A stretch of 40,528 nt of DNA from the IMG/VR virus record IMGVR_UViG_3300014656_000053, positions 1-40,528 of that record. One strand, given 5' to 3'. Under the pieces are notes generated by a model that had not been told where the DNA came from, searched no databases, and worked only from the letters and a program-made list of their open reading frames with translations. The DNA is from a virus (Duplodnaviria > Caudoviricetes). The position numbers and the translations under genes are program-made. Of this stretch, positions 1-8,317 are shown piece after piece. Position 1 is the stretch's first letter. The number at the start of each line of letters is the position of its first letter.

Positions 1-106
1 CCAAAACCCTCTGCCAAAAACGGCCTTTCCAAAACCCTCTGCCAAAAACGGCCTTTCCAAAACCCTCTGCCAAAAACGGCCTTTCCAAAACCCTCTGCCA
101 AAAACG
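1..106. repeat. 28-bp tandem repeat (CCAAAACCCTCTGCCAAAAACGGCCTTT), 3 full copies plus a partial, cut by the window edge
   Basis: Units start at 1, 29, 57 and 85 with no spacers. Confidence 0.95.
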
Positions 107-280
107 TCTTAAAAACCGCGTTTTTGATTGAATAAACGACATAATAACCTCTTAAATATCATAACTTCTTAAAACCGTGTTTTTTCAAAAACAGGCGGCA
201 TCAACGCCGAACCATCCCTGTCCTCTGCCGCCTTATTGCGCTCCATCGTTTCCTCGTTTCTCAAACGACAATCAAAAATC

Positions 281-317
281 ACAAATAATTTGCGGGGGCA
301 GGATTTGAACCTGCAAC
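281..317 (-). repeat. Degenerate copy of the tRNA-fMet 3' end plus downstream flank
   Basis: Matches 1475..1511 at 35/37 nt; 230..252 is also identical to 1430..1452. Confidence 0.85.
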
Positions 318-370
318 TTTTCTTATCAACAATCCCAAACCAAACCCTGCGATTAAACCTGTCCAGAAAT

Positions 371-700
371 TCATATTGCTACCCTTAATTTTTGCAATGC
401 CTTAGAAATCTCTTCTCTTACGTAGAGTGTTTTTAATAATTTTATTTGATGTTTTATTTCTCTTATTTTTTGCCATCTCTTCGTTCTGTAAGTTGGGTCT
501 TGCATTCTTATTCTGCGCTGCTTGCGGTTTCGTTCCTTTTCCTTCTCTCGGTATTTTGGGTCTTGCATTTTTATTCTACGCCACTTGCGTTTTCGTTCAT
601 TGTCCTTCTCTCGATATTTCGGGTCTTGCATTCTTTTTCTATACGACTTGCGCAGTTGTTCATTGCGCTTCTCTCGATAGTGTTTGCACTTGTACTTCAT
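371..700 (-). CDS. Small basic hypothetical protein with three MQDP(K/T)YR repeats
   Basis: ORF track; ATGA overlap with upstream ORF; internal repeats. Confidence 0.7.
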   Translation of the reverse strand: MKYKCKHYREKRNEQLRKSYRKRMQDPKYREKDNERKRKWRRIKMQDPKYREKEKERNRKQRRIRMQDPTYRTKRWQKIREIKHQIKLLKTLYVREEISKALQKLRVAI

Positions 701-1290
701 AGTTGAAATATAATTTCCTTCAATTGGGCCTTTGTGAAAAGCAACCCTCTGATTACGGCGCCTTTGGAGGTGATTTTATAAGGCATTTCGGCATCTTCTG
801 CCTTTTCATCTTTCTTCTCGTTTTCAACAAGCCACAACTTTTGCTCAGATAAGCTCCGTATATGGCCGTCAGGGTCGATAATCTGGTTAATTTGTTCTTT
901 CGGGCTTTGTGTGAGGTCGATTAAAAGATTGTCGTCGAGCTTTGAACCGGTCAATAAAGGATATTTTTTTCCTTTATCGATTATGTCCCTTTGGACCGAA
1001 AGCGGAAGCCTTCTCAATTTCCCTGATTCGCGTATTTCGGTTAGCCCCGGCATCAGTTTGGGATGCATCTGGCCTCTCCCTATTTGTTCAAGCCGGTTTA
1101 AGATATATGTTGGTATGCGTGATCCTCTTTTCTCTAATTCAGCAATGAGCCTTTCTTTCGAGCCGGGGCATTCGTCAATCATTGCCACATAATTGTCGGC
1201 AAGTTCTTTCGTGTTCCCCACGATATTCTTGAATAATTCGATAATTCGTTCAAGGTAGGTTTTTTCCTGTTTTGTAATTTCATTTTTCAT
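697..1290 (-). CDS. Hypothetical protein
   Basis: 197-aa ORF preceded by GAAAGGG RBS-like motif. Confidence 0.75.
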   Translation of the reverse strand: MKNEITKQEKTYLERIIELFKNIVGNTKELADNYVAMIDECPGSKERLIAELEKRGSRIPTYILNRLEQIGRGQMHPKLMPGLTEIRESGKLRRLPLSVQRDIIDKGKKYPLLTGSKLDDNLLIDLTQSPKEQINQIIDPDGHIRSLSEQKLWLVENEKKDEKAEDAEMPYKITSKGAVIRGLLFTKAQLKEIIFQL

Positions 1291-1483
1291 TGTTTTTCCC
1301 TTTCAAACCTGGGTTTTTAGAAAGATAAGCCGCCCTATTCACGTTCAGCGAAATACTTATCATCAAATCTTAACTTTTATGATGCCGCCCCCCGCTGATT
1401 TGCTCCGCAAATCAATGCGCGGGGGACTTGCCTTATTGCGCTCCATCGTTTCTGAAGTTTTCAAATCTCAAATAACAAATAAT

Positions 1484-1558
1484 TTGCGGGGGCAGGATTC
1501 GAACCTGCGACCTTCTGGTTATGGGCCAGATGAGCTAACCGGGCTGCTCTACCCCGCG
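1484..1558 (-). tRNA. tRNA-Met(CAT), initiator (fMet)-like, CCA not encoded
   Basis: CGCGGGGTAGAGCAGCCCGGTTAGCTCATCTGGCCCATAACCAGAAGGTCGCAGGTTCGAATCCTGCCCCCGCAA folds as a cloverleaf; C1:A72 mismatch; GTTCGAATC T-loop. Confidence 0.93.
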
Positions 1559-1897
1559 GTAATGCGGATATCGGCCAGGAGGGGGGAGAAGTGATTACAA
1601 CCGATACCCGCGTAGAGACAATCAGTTATTTATGATACGAACTGGCCCGCAGATGCGGGACAGTTTGGAGGGAGAAAAACATCTCTTATTGATGATTTCA
1701 AAAACCACGAATCAAACTCAATTCGTGGTTTCGGAGGAGGGTGATGAAATTCCGTTTCGGAATGAAACCCCCCATGTTGTGATATCGCCCTTGGCGAAAT
1801 CATTGGGGGGTGAAAAAAACATTCTCGATACTCGATTCTCGATGCTTGATCCCGGTTCCCGGGACTCCGCTCCGCTACGTCCTCGATTCTCGAAAAA

Positions 1898-2005
1898 ATG
1901 CTGGCGGGCAAGATTTTTTTATCGCCGTGCTGCTCCCTTCCGGCCTTTGGCTCATTGCCCACTTAAGAGCGGCGTATTCTAAATACGTCTGTATTCCGCC
2001 AGCAT
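1898..2005 (-). ncRNA. Candidate structured RNA 1 with an SRP-domain-IV-like motif
   Basis: Closed by the 10-bp stem ATGCTGGCGG/CCGCCAGCAT followed by a T-run; contains GGCCGGAAGGGAGCAGCAC (1927..1945, minus). Confidence 0.45.
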
Positions 2006-2047
2006 ATCGCGACAAATTCACGATGCTCGATGCTTGATACTCGAAAA

Positions 2048-2164
2048 ATGCTGGCGGGCAGTAGCACTCTGTTCTGCTTACAGGAAGTTTACAAATAACT
2101 CGCAGATAACGCTATTTGTTGCTTACCGGCTAAACTGCTTGGCGATGCACGCCGCCGCCAGCAT
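2048..2164 (-). ncRNA. Candidate structured RNA 2 (rod-like)
   Basis: Same 10-bp closing stem as RNA 1, internal stem ACAAATAGC/GTTATTTGT, followed by a T-run; no convincing ORF. Confidence 0.4.
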
Positions 2165-2321
2165 TTGAATTTTACCACACAAAATTGATTGCCCCCTGCT
2201 GATTTGCGGAGGATTCCAGAGGCCTCCGCAAATCACTGCTGCAGGGGCTTCGCAGCAACCGTCGCATAATTTGTCACATAATATTTGTTTTGGACATCTT
2301 AACTCGTCCCCCTAACATATA

Positions 2322-3299
2322 TTATGAGACGTTTGAAACATAAAATTTTGAGGCGATTTCCGCTGTCGTTTGGATCAAACGCCGTTCGTCTGTTGCAATG
2401 TAATATTCTGCGGTCGTCTGGATTGATTTGTGTCGAAGCAACTGTTGAACGTCTTTAATCGGCACACCGCGTTGAGACATTTCCGTAGGCATTGTTGCCC
2501 GTAACGCCTTGAAACATCTACGATTCACCGCTGCCCGTTTTAATATCCTTAGCCAGTCGCGGGTGAAATTCTGCCAGGGACAATTCCGCCATTTCCATGT
2601 CAGTCCACCTACCGATTTCATCATTAAAAGTCGTTCATAGGTTTCCGGCTGAACGCAAACGTATGGCTGGCCGATTGGTAGTTCGGTAATAAGCTCCCGC
2701 AGAAGATTGTGCAGGTTGACTATCATATCCGGCAATGTAAATATTTCCGGCATCGGAACTATCGCTGCACGATGATTTTTTATCGCCCATTGCCACGTTG
2801 TTTGGCTGTCAGCTTTAGGGGTAATCCTGATATACCCCCCCTGCCAGTTAATATCATCAACTGTCAGGTTCAACACTTCCGACCGCCGCAAGCTGCACAA
2901 TCCCAAAAGCGTAATCATCTGCCATCGCAGGTCCGCCACTCTCAGGATTCTCTCGATTTCCGCCGGCCCGAACACTTCGCGTCTTTTATGTTCCGTCTCG
3001 AATAATGTTATCGTCGCAAACGGGTCCTGGTCAATATGGCCCCGCATCTTCAACCAGCCGAAATACGGCTTCAGATTCGCAAGGTAGATATTGGCCGATG
3101 CCACGCTTCGGGACTTTGCGAGCCACATTTTATAATCCTCCGCCTCGGCGAAAGATACGGATTTTACGGGCAAATCTCCTATGGCCTCTATAAATAGCCG
3201 TTTCGCCCGGGTTTTAACTTCGACTGACGATTCCGCCAGTGCCCTTTTTGACAGGTAAAGGGCAAACCCTTCGCTTACCGTAAGCATGTTTTTCCCCAT
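2322..3299 (-). CDS. int: Tyrosine recombinase / phage integrase
   Basis: LRRSEVLNL (catalytic R), KALR (HxxR position), LLRHKSIQTTAEYY (H and Y); N-terminal core-binding region. Confidence 0.92.
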   Translation of the reverse strand: MGKNMLTVSEGFALYLSKRALAESSVEVKTRAKRLFIEAIGDLPVKSVSFAEAEDYKMWLAKSRSVASANIYLANLKPYFGWLKMRGHIDQDPFATITLFETEHKRREVFGPAEIERILRVADLRWQMITLLGLCSLRRSEVLNLTVDDINWQGGYIRITPKADSQTTWQWAIKNHRAAIVPMPEIFTLPDMIVNLHNLLRELITELPIGQPYVCVQPETYERLLMMKSVGGLTWKWRNCPWQNFTRDWLRILKRAAVNRRCFKALRATMPTEMSQRGVPIKDVQQLLRHKSIQTTAEYYIATDERRLIQTTAEIASKFYVSNVS

Positions 3300-3333
3300 C
3301 CTTTCCTGCTGACGGTCGCTGCAATCGGCCGTC

Positions 3334-3361
3334 AGTATAATCCGGGCAAATCCCTTGTCAA
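3334..3361 (-). promoter_or_regulatory. Sigma70-type promoter toward the integrase
   Basis: TTGACA-N16-TATACT on the minus strand, about 35 nt upstream of the int start. Confidence 0.65.
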
Positions 3362-3425
3362 GCTCCCTTTATAACTGATTGTCTCTATCTACTTTTCAAA
3401 GAACATCGCTCAAAAATTTGCAAAA

Positions 3426-3539
3426 TTACCCTTGACAGCACCCCGGGCAACTCCTATAATTGAAAGCAAACTGTGGCAAATAGAGGAATGCCGAGAATGA
3501 TTTCCGAAAAACCAGCTTTGTTGTCTTGTTTTGCGCCAT
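3426..3539 (-). CDS. Putative 37-aa peptide (MAQNKTTK...CPGCCQG)
   Basis: Not in the ORF track; AGGAG RBS and an upstream TTGATA-N16-GATAAT promoter-like motif. Confidence 0.4.
   Translation of the reverse strand: MAQNKTTKLVFRKSFSAFLYLPQFAFNYRSCPGCCQG
3432..3460 (+). promoter_or_regulatory. Consensus sigma70 promoter toward the plus-strand operon
   Basis: TTGACA-N17-TATAAT, perfect consensus. Confidence 0.8.
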
Positions 3540-3686
3540 TATTTTGCTCCTGTAATTTCATTTGGTATTATCGGCAGGACTTTATAAATATCAACACTAT
3601 TTTGTAAATTTTTACATTATTTAATGATATTATTCATCTATGTGTTTGTGCTATAAGGACTTGCAAACGGAAAAAATAATTTTATA

Positions 3687-4064
3687 ATGATGCTTATGAC
3701 TACGTATCAGCAAAGAATGCTTACTGAAAACGCAGAAAAAATCTCGGCCCGGCTTGCCAAAAGATACGGTAGCTTGAAATCTGTTTTATCTGCTGGTATA
3801 ATGGCGCTCGATGAATTATCGCCAGTCGAACGAGAGAGAATGCTCGATAAGGCAAATGGACTTCAGTCGGCCGACGAATCGCAAAAAGCGGCCGAGAGTG
3901 CCCGATTTTGCGTAAAAATCTGGACCTCTCTCGACCCGAAACAAACGGCCATTGCCTTGCAATTTTTAGGCCCGAATGAAAGCAAGGCCGTAAAGGAGAT
4001 GTTAGATGTCCTCAATCCAGAAATCCAGTCGGCACGCCGTTCTCGCAGGCATAAAACAGCTTAA
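3687..4064 (+). CDS. Hypothetical protein, possible repressor-position regulator
   Basis: First gene divergent from int; no clear HTH recognised. Confidence 0.55.
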   Translation: MMLMTTYQQRMLTENAEKISARLAKRYGSLKSVLSAGIMALDELSPVERERMLDKANGLQSADESQKAAESARFCVKIWTSLDPKQTAIALQFLGPNESKAVKEMLDVLNPEIQSARRSRRHKTA

Positions 4065-4830
4065 TTTGTGTCTTGTAATATCTCTGTTTTTTTCTTCTAT
4101 TGCCTTTGCCGTCGTCGCCGATGCCAATATGATTGAGCAGGTCCGGCAAATGAAGGTCGCCCGACTCGCCGAATTAAAAACTGAATATGATGAAATCCCA
4201 CAGCAGATTCGCCGGTGCCGATTTGCGCCAATCGTAGCCGACAGGAAGGACACCTCTTATAATAAACCCGCCTCCAACCGAAAACGCCAAACAGGCCGTA
4301 GGCCCGCTAAAATCACGTTCAAAAGCCAAAAGGAGAAATTAGAAGCGCTCAATGAACTAAAGAAAAAACCCGCAAAAATACAGCAAAACATTTCAGCCCT
4401 CGAGGCCAACGACATCAATTGTCTCTTTCCTGTTTTTACCTTGCCTTTTTCCGTTGGTCAGATTGGTCGCCTCGGCAAAATAATTTTACGTTATTATGAG
4501 GGCATTCCTTATGTCCATAATCAGTATCTCAAAATCATTAGTATTTCCGATAATGAAAATGCACTTGTCAGATTTTATATCACTGAAAGATTTCAAGATA
4601 GCCCGAGTCCGCGTGAATCGCAAACTTTAATAGGTTATCGCGTCGGCCGGTACGTTCCAGTTACAAAGACCATCTGGCTTCGTGGTTTTGATTTGGAAGA
4701 CAGGATAACCGGCTCATCTTTAACCCCGAAAGGTCCGTGGATTATCACCGGGACAACGGACTATATGACCCCCAATCATGCCAAGTTTACTGTTTACGTC
4801 TTCGAGCCGCTGGAGATTGGGGGGCTATAA
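4006..4830 (+). CDS. Exported hypothetical protein (start uncertain; lysogeny-operon cargo)
   Basis: Signal-like LCLVISLFFSSIAFA, then coiled coil and a beta-rich C-terminus. Confidence 0.7.
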   Translation: MSSIQKSSRHAVLAGIKQLNLCLVISLFFSSIAFAVVADANMIEQVRQMKVARLAELKTEYDEIPQQIRRCRFAPIVADRKDTSYNKPASNRKRQTGRRPAKITFKSQKEKLEALNELKKKPAKIQQNISALEANDINCLFPVFTLPFSVGQIGRLGKIILRYYEGIPYVHNQYLKIISISDNENALVRFYITERFQDSPSPRESQTLIGYRVGRYVPVTKTIWLRGFDLEDRITGSSLTPKGPWIITGTTDYMTPNHAKFTVYVFEPLEIGGL

Positions 4831-6199
4831 TTCCCCTGTTTTGAACCTTATTGCTTACTGTGGCCCTGCTGGCGGCCTTATTATCAATCCTGGCGGAGGT
4901 CCTACCGGAGTCCCCCGGGGGCGGGTTATTCAGCCATTTATTGAGCGGGCATTTTTCTTGCCATTCAGGCACCGGCGCAAACTGTGCTGCCAGCCAGCCG
5001 ATTCGGTCGTGATATTTACTGACCATCGCGTTCTTAAATTCGCCAACGGAAAGGACAGTTGGCAGGTAGTTTTTCGCCTTGCTGTTTGTGCCGAAGATAT
5101 GCCAGCATATAATATCCTTACGAAGAACTACCCGACCATTCACATCGAGCTGAATTTTCAATGACCATTCCGGCCCATCATAGCCCCATTCGCCTAACGA
5201 TTCGTCATAGCCGCCGAGCTTTTCATAATCTGCCTTGCGAATCATCCAGGCGCAACCCGTAAATCCCATCATCGGCTCTATCAGAGGGTCACCGATGGGC
5301 GGCTTAGATGGATGCCACTTTTCGATACAATCGGGATTCAGATAGACGAAGCCATAATGACCGGGCATTTCGTTCTCGAAGTCCTCCGCCATTGGCTTGA
5401 TTGTGGCGACCGCTATCGTATTCGGCTCACAGGTGCACTTGAGCCGGGTATCCCATCCCTCACTCATCCGGCAGTGGGCGTCAATGATAAAGATATAATC
5501 TCCCGTCGCCTGTTTGACTGCCTCATTAATGCCCTTGCGCCTGCCTTTAGCTGGATTGTTTCTAATGACCTTGATTTCTGGTTGCGGCTTAATGATGTCC
5601 TTCTCATAGCCGTCTAATACGGCCAGAACCTCTATTTTGCCCGTTGCTGTGGCGAATAACGATTCTATCGTCCTGTTAAACCAGTCCTTGCGCTCGTTTC
5701 GGCCTATAATAATTGCCGTTGTCTTTTGTCCGCAGACCTCCCAGTAATTTTTCGGCGGATATTTTTTAAGTTTCGGATATGTTTCAGGATTTGGACATCC
5801 CTTTTCGCTCGCCAGTTTATCTTTCGCTTTTAGTAGGCACCCGCAATATGGACATCGCTGGACTCCGCCGCAGGTCGTGCAGCAAATCATACGTTCGGAA
5901 AATTCCTTTTTATCGACACACTTGAATCCCTCAACAATTGCCCTTTTTAGCGCTTCGTATGCCTCTGATGCATAGTTCCTCAGCGTCAAGTCATTTTGTA
6001 TTTCCGCCTGTTTGGACAATTCAATTTTTTCATCTATTGGTTTTGCCTGTTGGTTTATAGAATCGCCCTTTTTCCAATTGCCGACGCAGACCAGTCGGCA
6101 CCATTTCGGCGGGACATGTTTTTCGACATAAGGGCAATAGAATGTTTTTTCTTCCGTCTTTTTAACTTCGCAAAAATCTTTTTTATTGAGCTGAAACAT
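4787..6199 (-). CDS. GT-A fold glycosyltransferase resembling polypeptide GalNAc-transferases, with a Cys-rich N-terminal domain
   Basis: TAIIIGRNE, ATGDYIFIIDAHC...GW (DxH), LGGYDESLGEWGYDGPEWSLK, CWHIF. Confidence 0.88.
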   Translation of the reverse strand: MFQLNKKDFCEVKKTEEKTFYCPYVEKHVPPKWCRLVCVGNWKKGDSINQQAKPIDEKIELSKQAEIQNDLTLRNYASEAYEALKRAIVEGFKCVDKKEFSERMICCTTCGGVQRCPYCGCLLKAKDKLASEKGCPNPETYPKLKKYPPKNYWEVCGQKTTAIIIGRNERKDWFNRTIESLFATATGKIEVLAVLDGYEKDIIKPQPEIKVIRNNPAKGRRKGINEAVKQATGDYIFIIDAHCRMSEGWDTRLKCTCEPNTIAVATIKPMAEDFENEMPGHYGFVYLNPDCIEKWHPSKPPIGDPLIEPMMGFTGCAWMIRKADYEKLGGYDESLGEWGYDGPEWSLKIQLDVNGRVVLRKDIICWHIFGTNSKAKNYLPTVLSVGEFKNAMVSKYHDRIGWLAAQFAPVPEWQEKCPLNKWLNNPPPGDSGRTSARIDNKAASRATVSNKVQNRGIIAPQSPAARRRKQ

Positions 6200-7637
6200 T
6201 GGCCGTTCCGTCTCCCCAATAGTAAATATAAGAACTACATAAGATAGTATTTTCTATCGTTCCATCAACGCAACCGCTTACGCTATCCGTATGGCCGAGA
6301 AAAGCTTGATATATGGGAAATTCGGGAACGGTGCAAACATCAACTATCAGCCAGAGTTGTGTTCCGGAGCGCCATAAAGTCAATTCAATGTAGGGATAGA
6401 ATTGTTCGTCATATTTACTTGTGCAATTCGGCCCATCAAAGAAATCGCATCTCAAGCTCGACATCGGATAGCTCGCACTCCATATGCAGGGGTCGCCAAT
6501 TGTTTGTTCAAGAATATATAAACCACTAATACCGCCAAAACATTCCGCTGTTTGATTGATACAGCCGCAAGGCGAAAGACCGGATATTGCAACCTCCACG
6601 AATCTCGGAGTCGTTTCGCAGTATGAGCAACTGTCCGGCGGTTCGGTCGTCGTGGTGGTCGTGGTGGCCGTGGTGGTCGGGGTCGTCGTGGTGGTCGCGG
6701 TCGTCGTGGTGGTCGCGGTCGTCGTGGTGGTCGCGGTCGTCGTGGTGGTCGCGGTCGTCGTGGTGGTCGTGGTGGTTGTCGTTGTGCAAGTAGCATCAAT
6801 ACCTGAAAAGGTAACTTTAATGACTCGCGGCGTAAATTCATAACAAAAATCACAGGATGTTTCAATCGCCTGCGGTATATCTGTTGTCGTATCTTCATAA
6901 GCTATTTGTTCATCGTAGTCCGCCGAATTAAGCATCGGAAAAATATAAGTAAAAGGCGTTACTATATCCCCCAAATTCGGCTCAACAAAAGCTATTCCGC
7001 CAATCGTTAATGCAAGATAATCTTTCCCAATAACGCCTTCGCAGGGATAGCATTTCGTATCTGCATCGTTTGTTGTCCTATTCTCACAAAAACATCTGTT
7101 GTTCCAATACGGATAACTGGCTCTGAAAACAAGATATACTTGTCCGTCCCCAAAGGCATAAACATAAACATCTATTATACCTAATCGAGCATAGATATTT
7201 ACGGTCATCGAGGTCAAATGATAAGTCGCCGACGGCACCTCGATATACCAGTAGTCCTCCCATCCTTCAGTAACGCCTGGTATGATATACTGAACTGGTT
7301 GGAGAGCGGTATATTTTACTTCTTCATACCCTTCCACATAAACAACATCTCCAGTATAGTAATATGTCGGGGAAAAAAAAAGGGTCGGACAGCACCAGGC
7401 ACTGCCGGTTCCAGCGTTGTAAGAATACTTATTTATCGTTATGTCACAGGCCGTCGTCGTTTGCCAATGACAATGTCTATTTATCCCCGTTCCGCCAGTC
7501 CCAATCCAGAGCAAATCAAAACTAATACCATTAAGATACGAGGCGGGGTCGCCTATCACTTCCTGCGAATAGGAGCCGACAGGAACATAGTTTCTTGTGC
7601 ATTTACAACACTCTAAACTCATTTTTATAGCCCGCAA
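6183..7637 (-). CDS. Cys-rich protein with a Thr-rich mucin-like linker (tail-tip / receptor-binding position)
   Basis: Long poly-Thr tract between two CxxC..TPR...SG...C motifs; lies at the end of the tail module. Confidence 0.75.
   Translation of the reverse strand: MRAIKMSLECCKCTRNYVPVGSYSQEVIGDPASYLNGISFDLLWIGTGGTGINRHCHWQTTTACDITINKYSYNAGTGSAWCCPTLFFSPTYYYTGDVVYVEGYEEVKYTALQPVQYIIPGVTEGWEDYWYIEVPSATYHLTSMTVNIYARLGIIDVYVYAFGDGQVYLVFRASYPYWNNRCFCENRTTNDADTKCYPCEGVIGKDYLALTIGGIAFVEPNLGDIVTPFTYIFPMLNSADYDEQIAYEDTTTDIPQAIETSCDFCYEFTPRVIKVTFSGIDATCTTTTTTTTTTTATTTTTATTTTTATTTTTATTTTTPTTTATTTTTTTEPPDSCSYCETTPRFVEVAISGLSPCGCINQTAECFGGISGLYILEQTIGDPCIWSASYPMSSLRCDFFDGPNCTSKYDEQFYPYIELTLWRSGTQLWLIVDVCTVPEFPIYQAFLGHTDSVSGCVDGTIENTILCSSYIYYWGDGTANVSAQ
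6646..6786 (-). repeat. Coding 18-bp tandem repeat encoding ATTTTT units
   Basis: GTCGTCGTGGTGGTCGCG repeated on the plus strand. Confidence 0.9.
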
Positions 7638-8317
7638 TTACAAGCTTTATAATGCTGGAATATCATAGTGCAATACCATTTTTGATATGCGCTAGCTCCG
7701 CTACTCACTTCTTCGCCGAGCCAATAAACGGACAAAGATGTTCCCGTTTTCAAAAGGGGAAGCGCACTACTCAAGCCACCGCCGCCGACAATATCACAAT
7801 AAACCTCGATTGTCTGGCCGCCCACATAATTCAGTTGAGCAAGAATATAGTCGGAACCCGGTGCGTTTTGGGAACAAAAAGCCCTGTGTATTCCTGTGCT
7901 TAAAAAAGGTTTGCCGACATATCTTTTATTAAACTCATTATCATTCATCCTCCAGCCATAAAGTTTATCGCCGACCCGTAATAAGTCGGCGTGAAAATAC
8001 GCACCATCGCTCTCCTCTAAGTTCAAAACCTCAATGGTATTCTCGTTTGCGTTATTCTGGAATCTGGGAACGCCATACTCATTACTCCAGTAAGTCGCAT
8101 CTATCTCTTGTTCCCTGCAATTATAAACGCCATCACCGGCCCCTGTCGATTTTGAAACTACCTCAAATATCCGGATATCGGCCCCAGCCGGCCATATTTT
8201 CGGGCTTCTTTTCTGAGGTATAATTAAAGGTGGTCTGCGTGACTGCTGATATATTGTCCGCAGGGTCTCAATCCCTCTTTTCGATAACGGATATCTTTCA
8301 TTCATTTCAGGCCGCAT
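7625..8317 (-). CDS. Hypothetical tail-module protein
   Basis: Overlaps both neighbours; position after tail genes. Confidence 0.7.
   Translation of the reverse strand: MRPEMNERYPLSKRGIETLRTIYQQSRRPPLIIPQKRSPKIWPAGADIRIFEVVSKSTGAGDGVYNCREQEIDATYWSNEYGVPRFQNNANENTIEVLNLEESDGAYFHADLLRVGDKLYGWRMNDNEFNKRYVGKPFLSTGIHRAFCSQNAPGSDYILAQLNYVGGQTIEVYCDIVGGGGLSSALPLLKTGTSLSVYWLGEEVSSGASAYQKWYCTMIFQHYKACNCGL

Noticed and set aside
1-106. CRISPR array
   Set aside because: Head-to-tail identical units with no spacers; no cas genes in the window
1484-1558. tRNA as the integration site of the main phage
   Set aside because: The phage lies on the 5' side of the tRNA, whereas 3'-end integration would place it downstream; no matching repeat at the far end
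1379-2037. ORFs 1379..1594, 1630..1962, 1632..1982 and 1810..2037
   Set aside because: They overlap the tRNA, repeats and hairpins, and their translations contain repeat-derived words; coding status unsupported
6452-6898. Pro/Arg-, His/Asp- and Val-rich ORFs
   Set aside because: Alternative-frame shadows of the poly-Thr repeat
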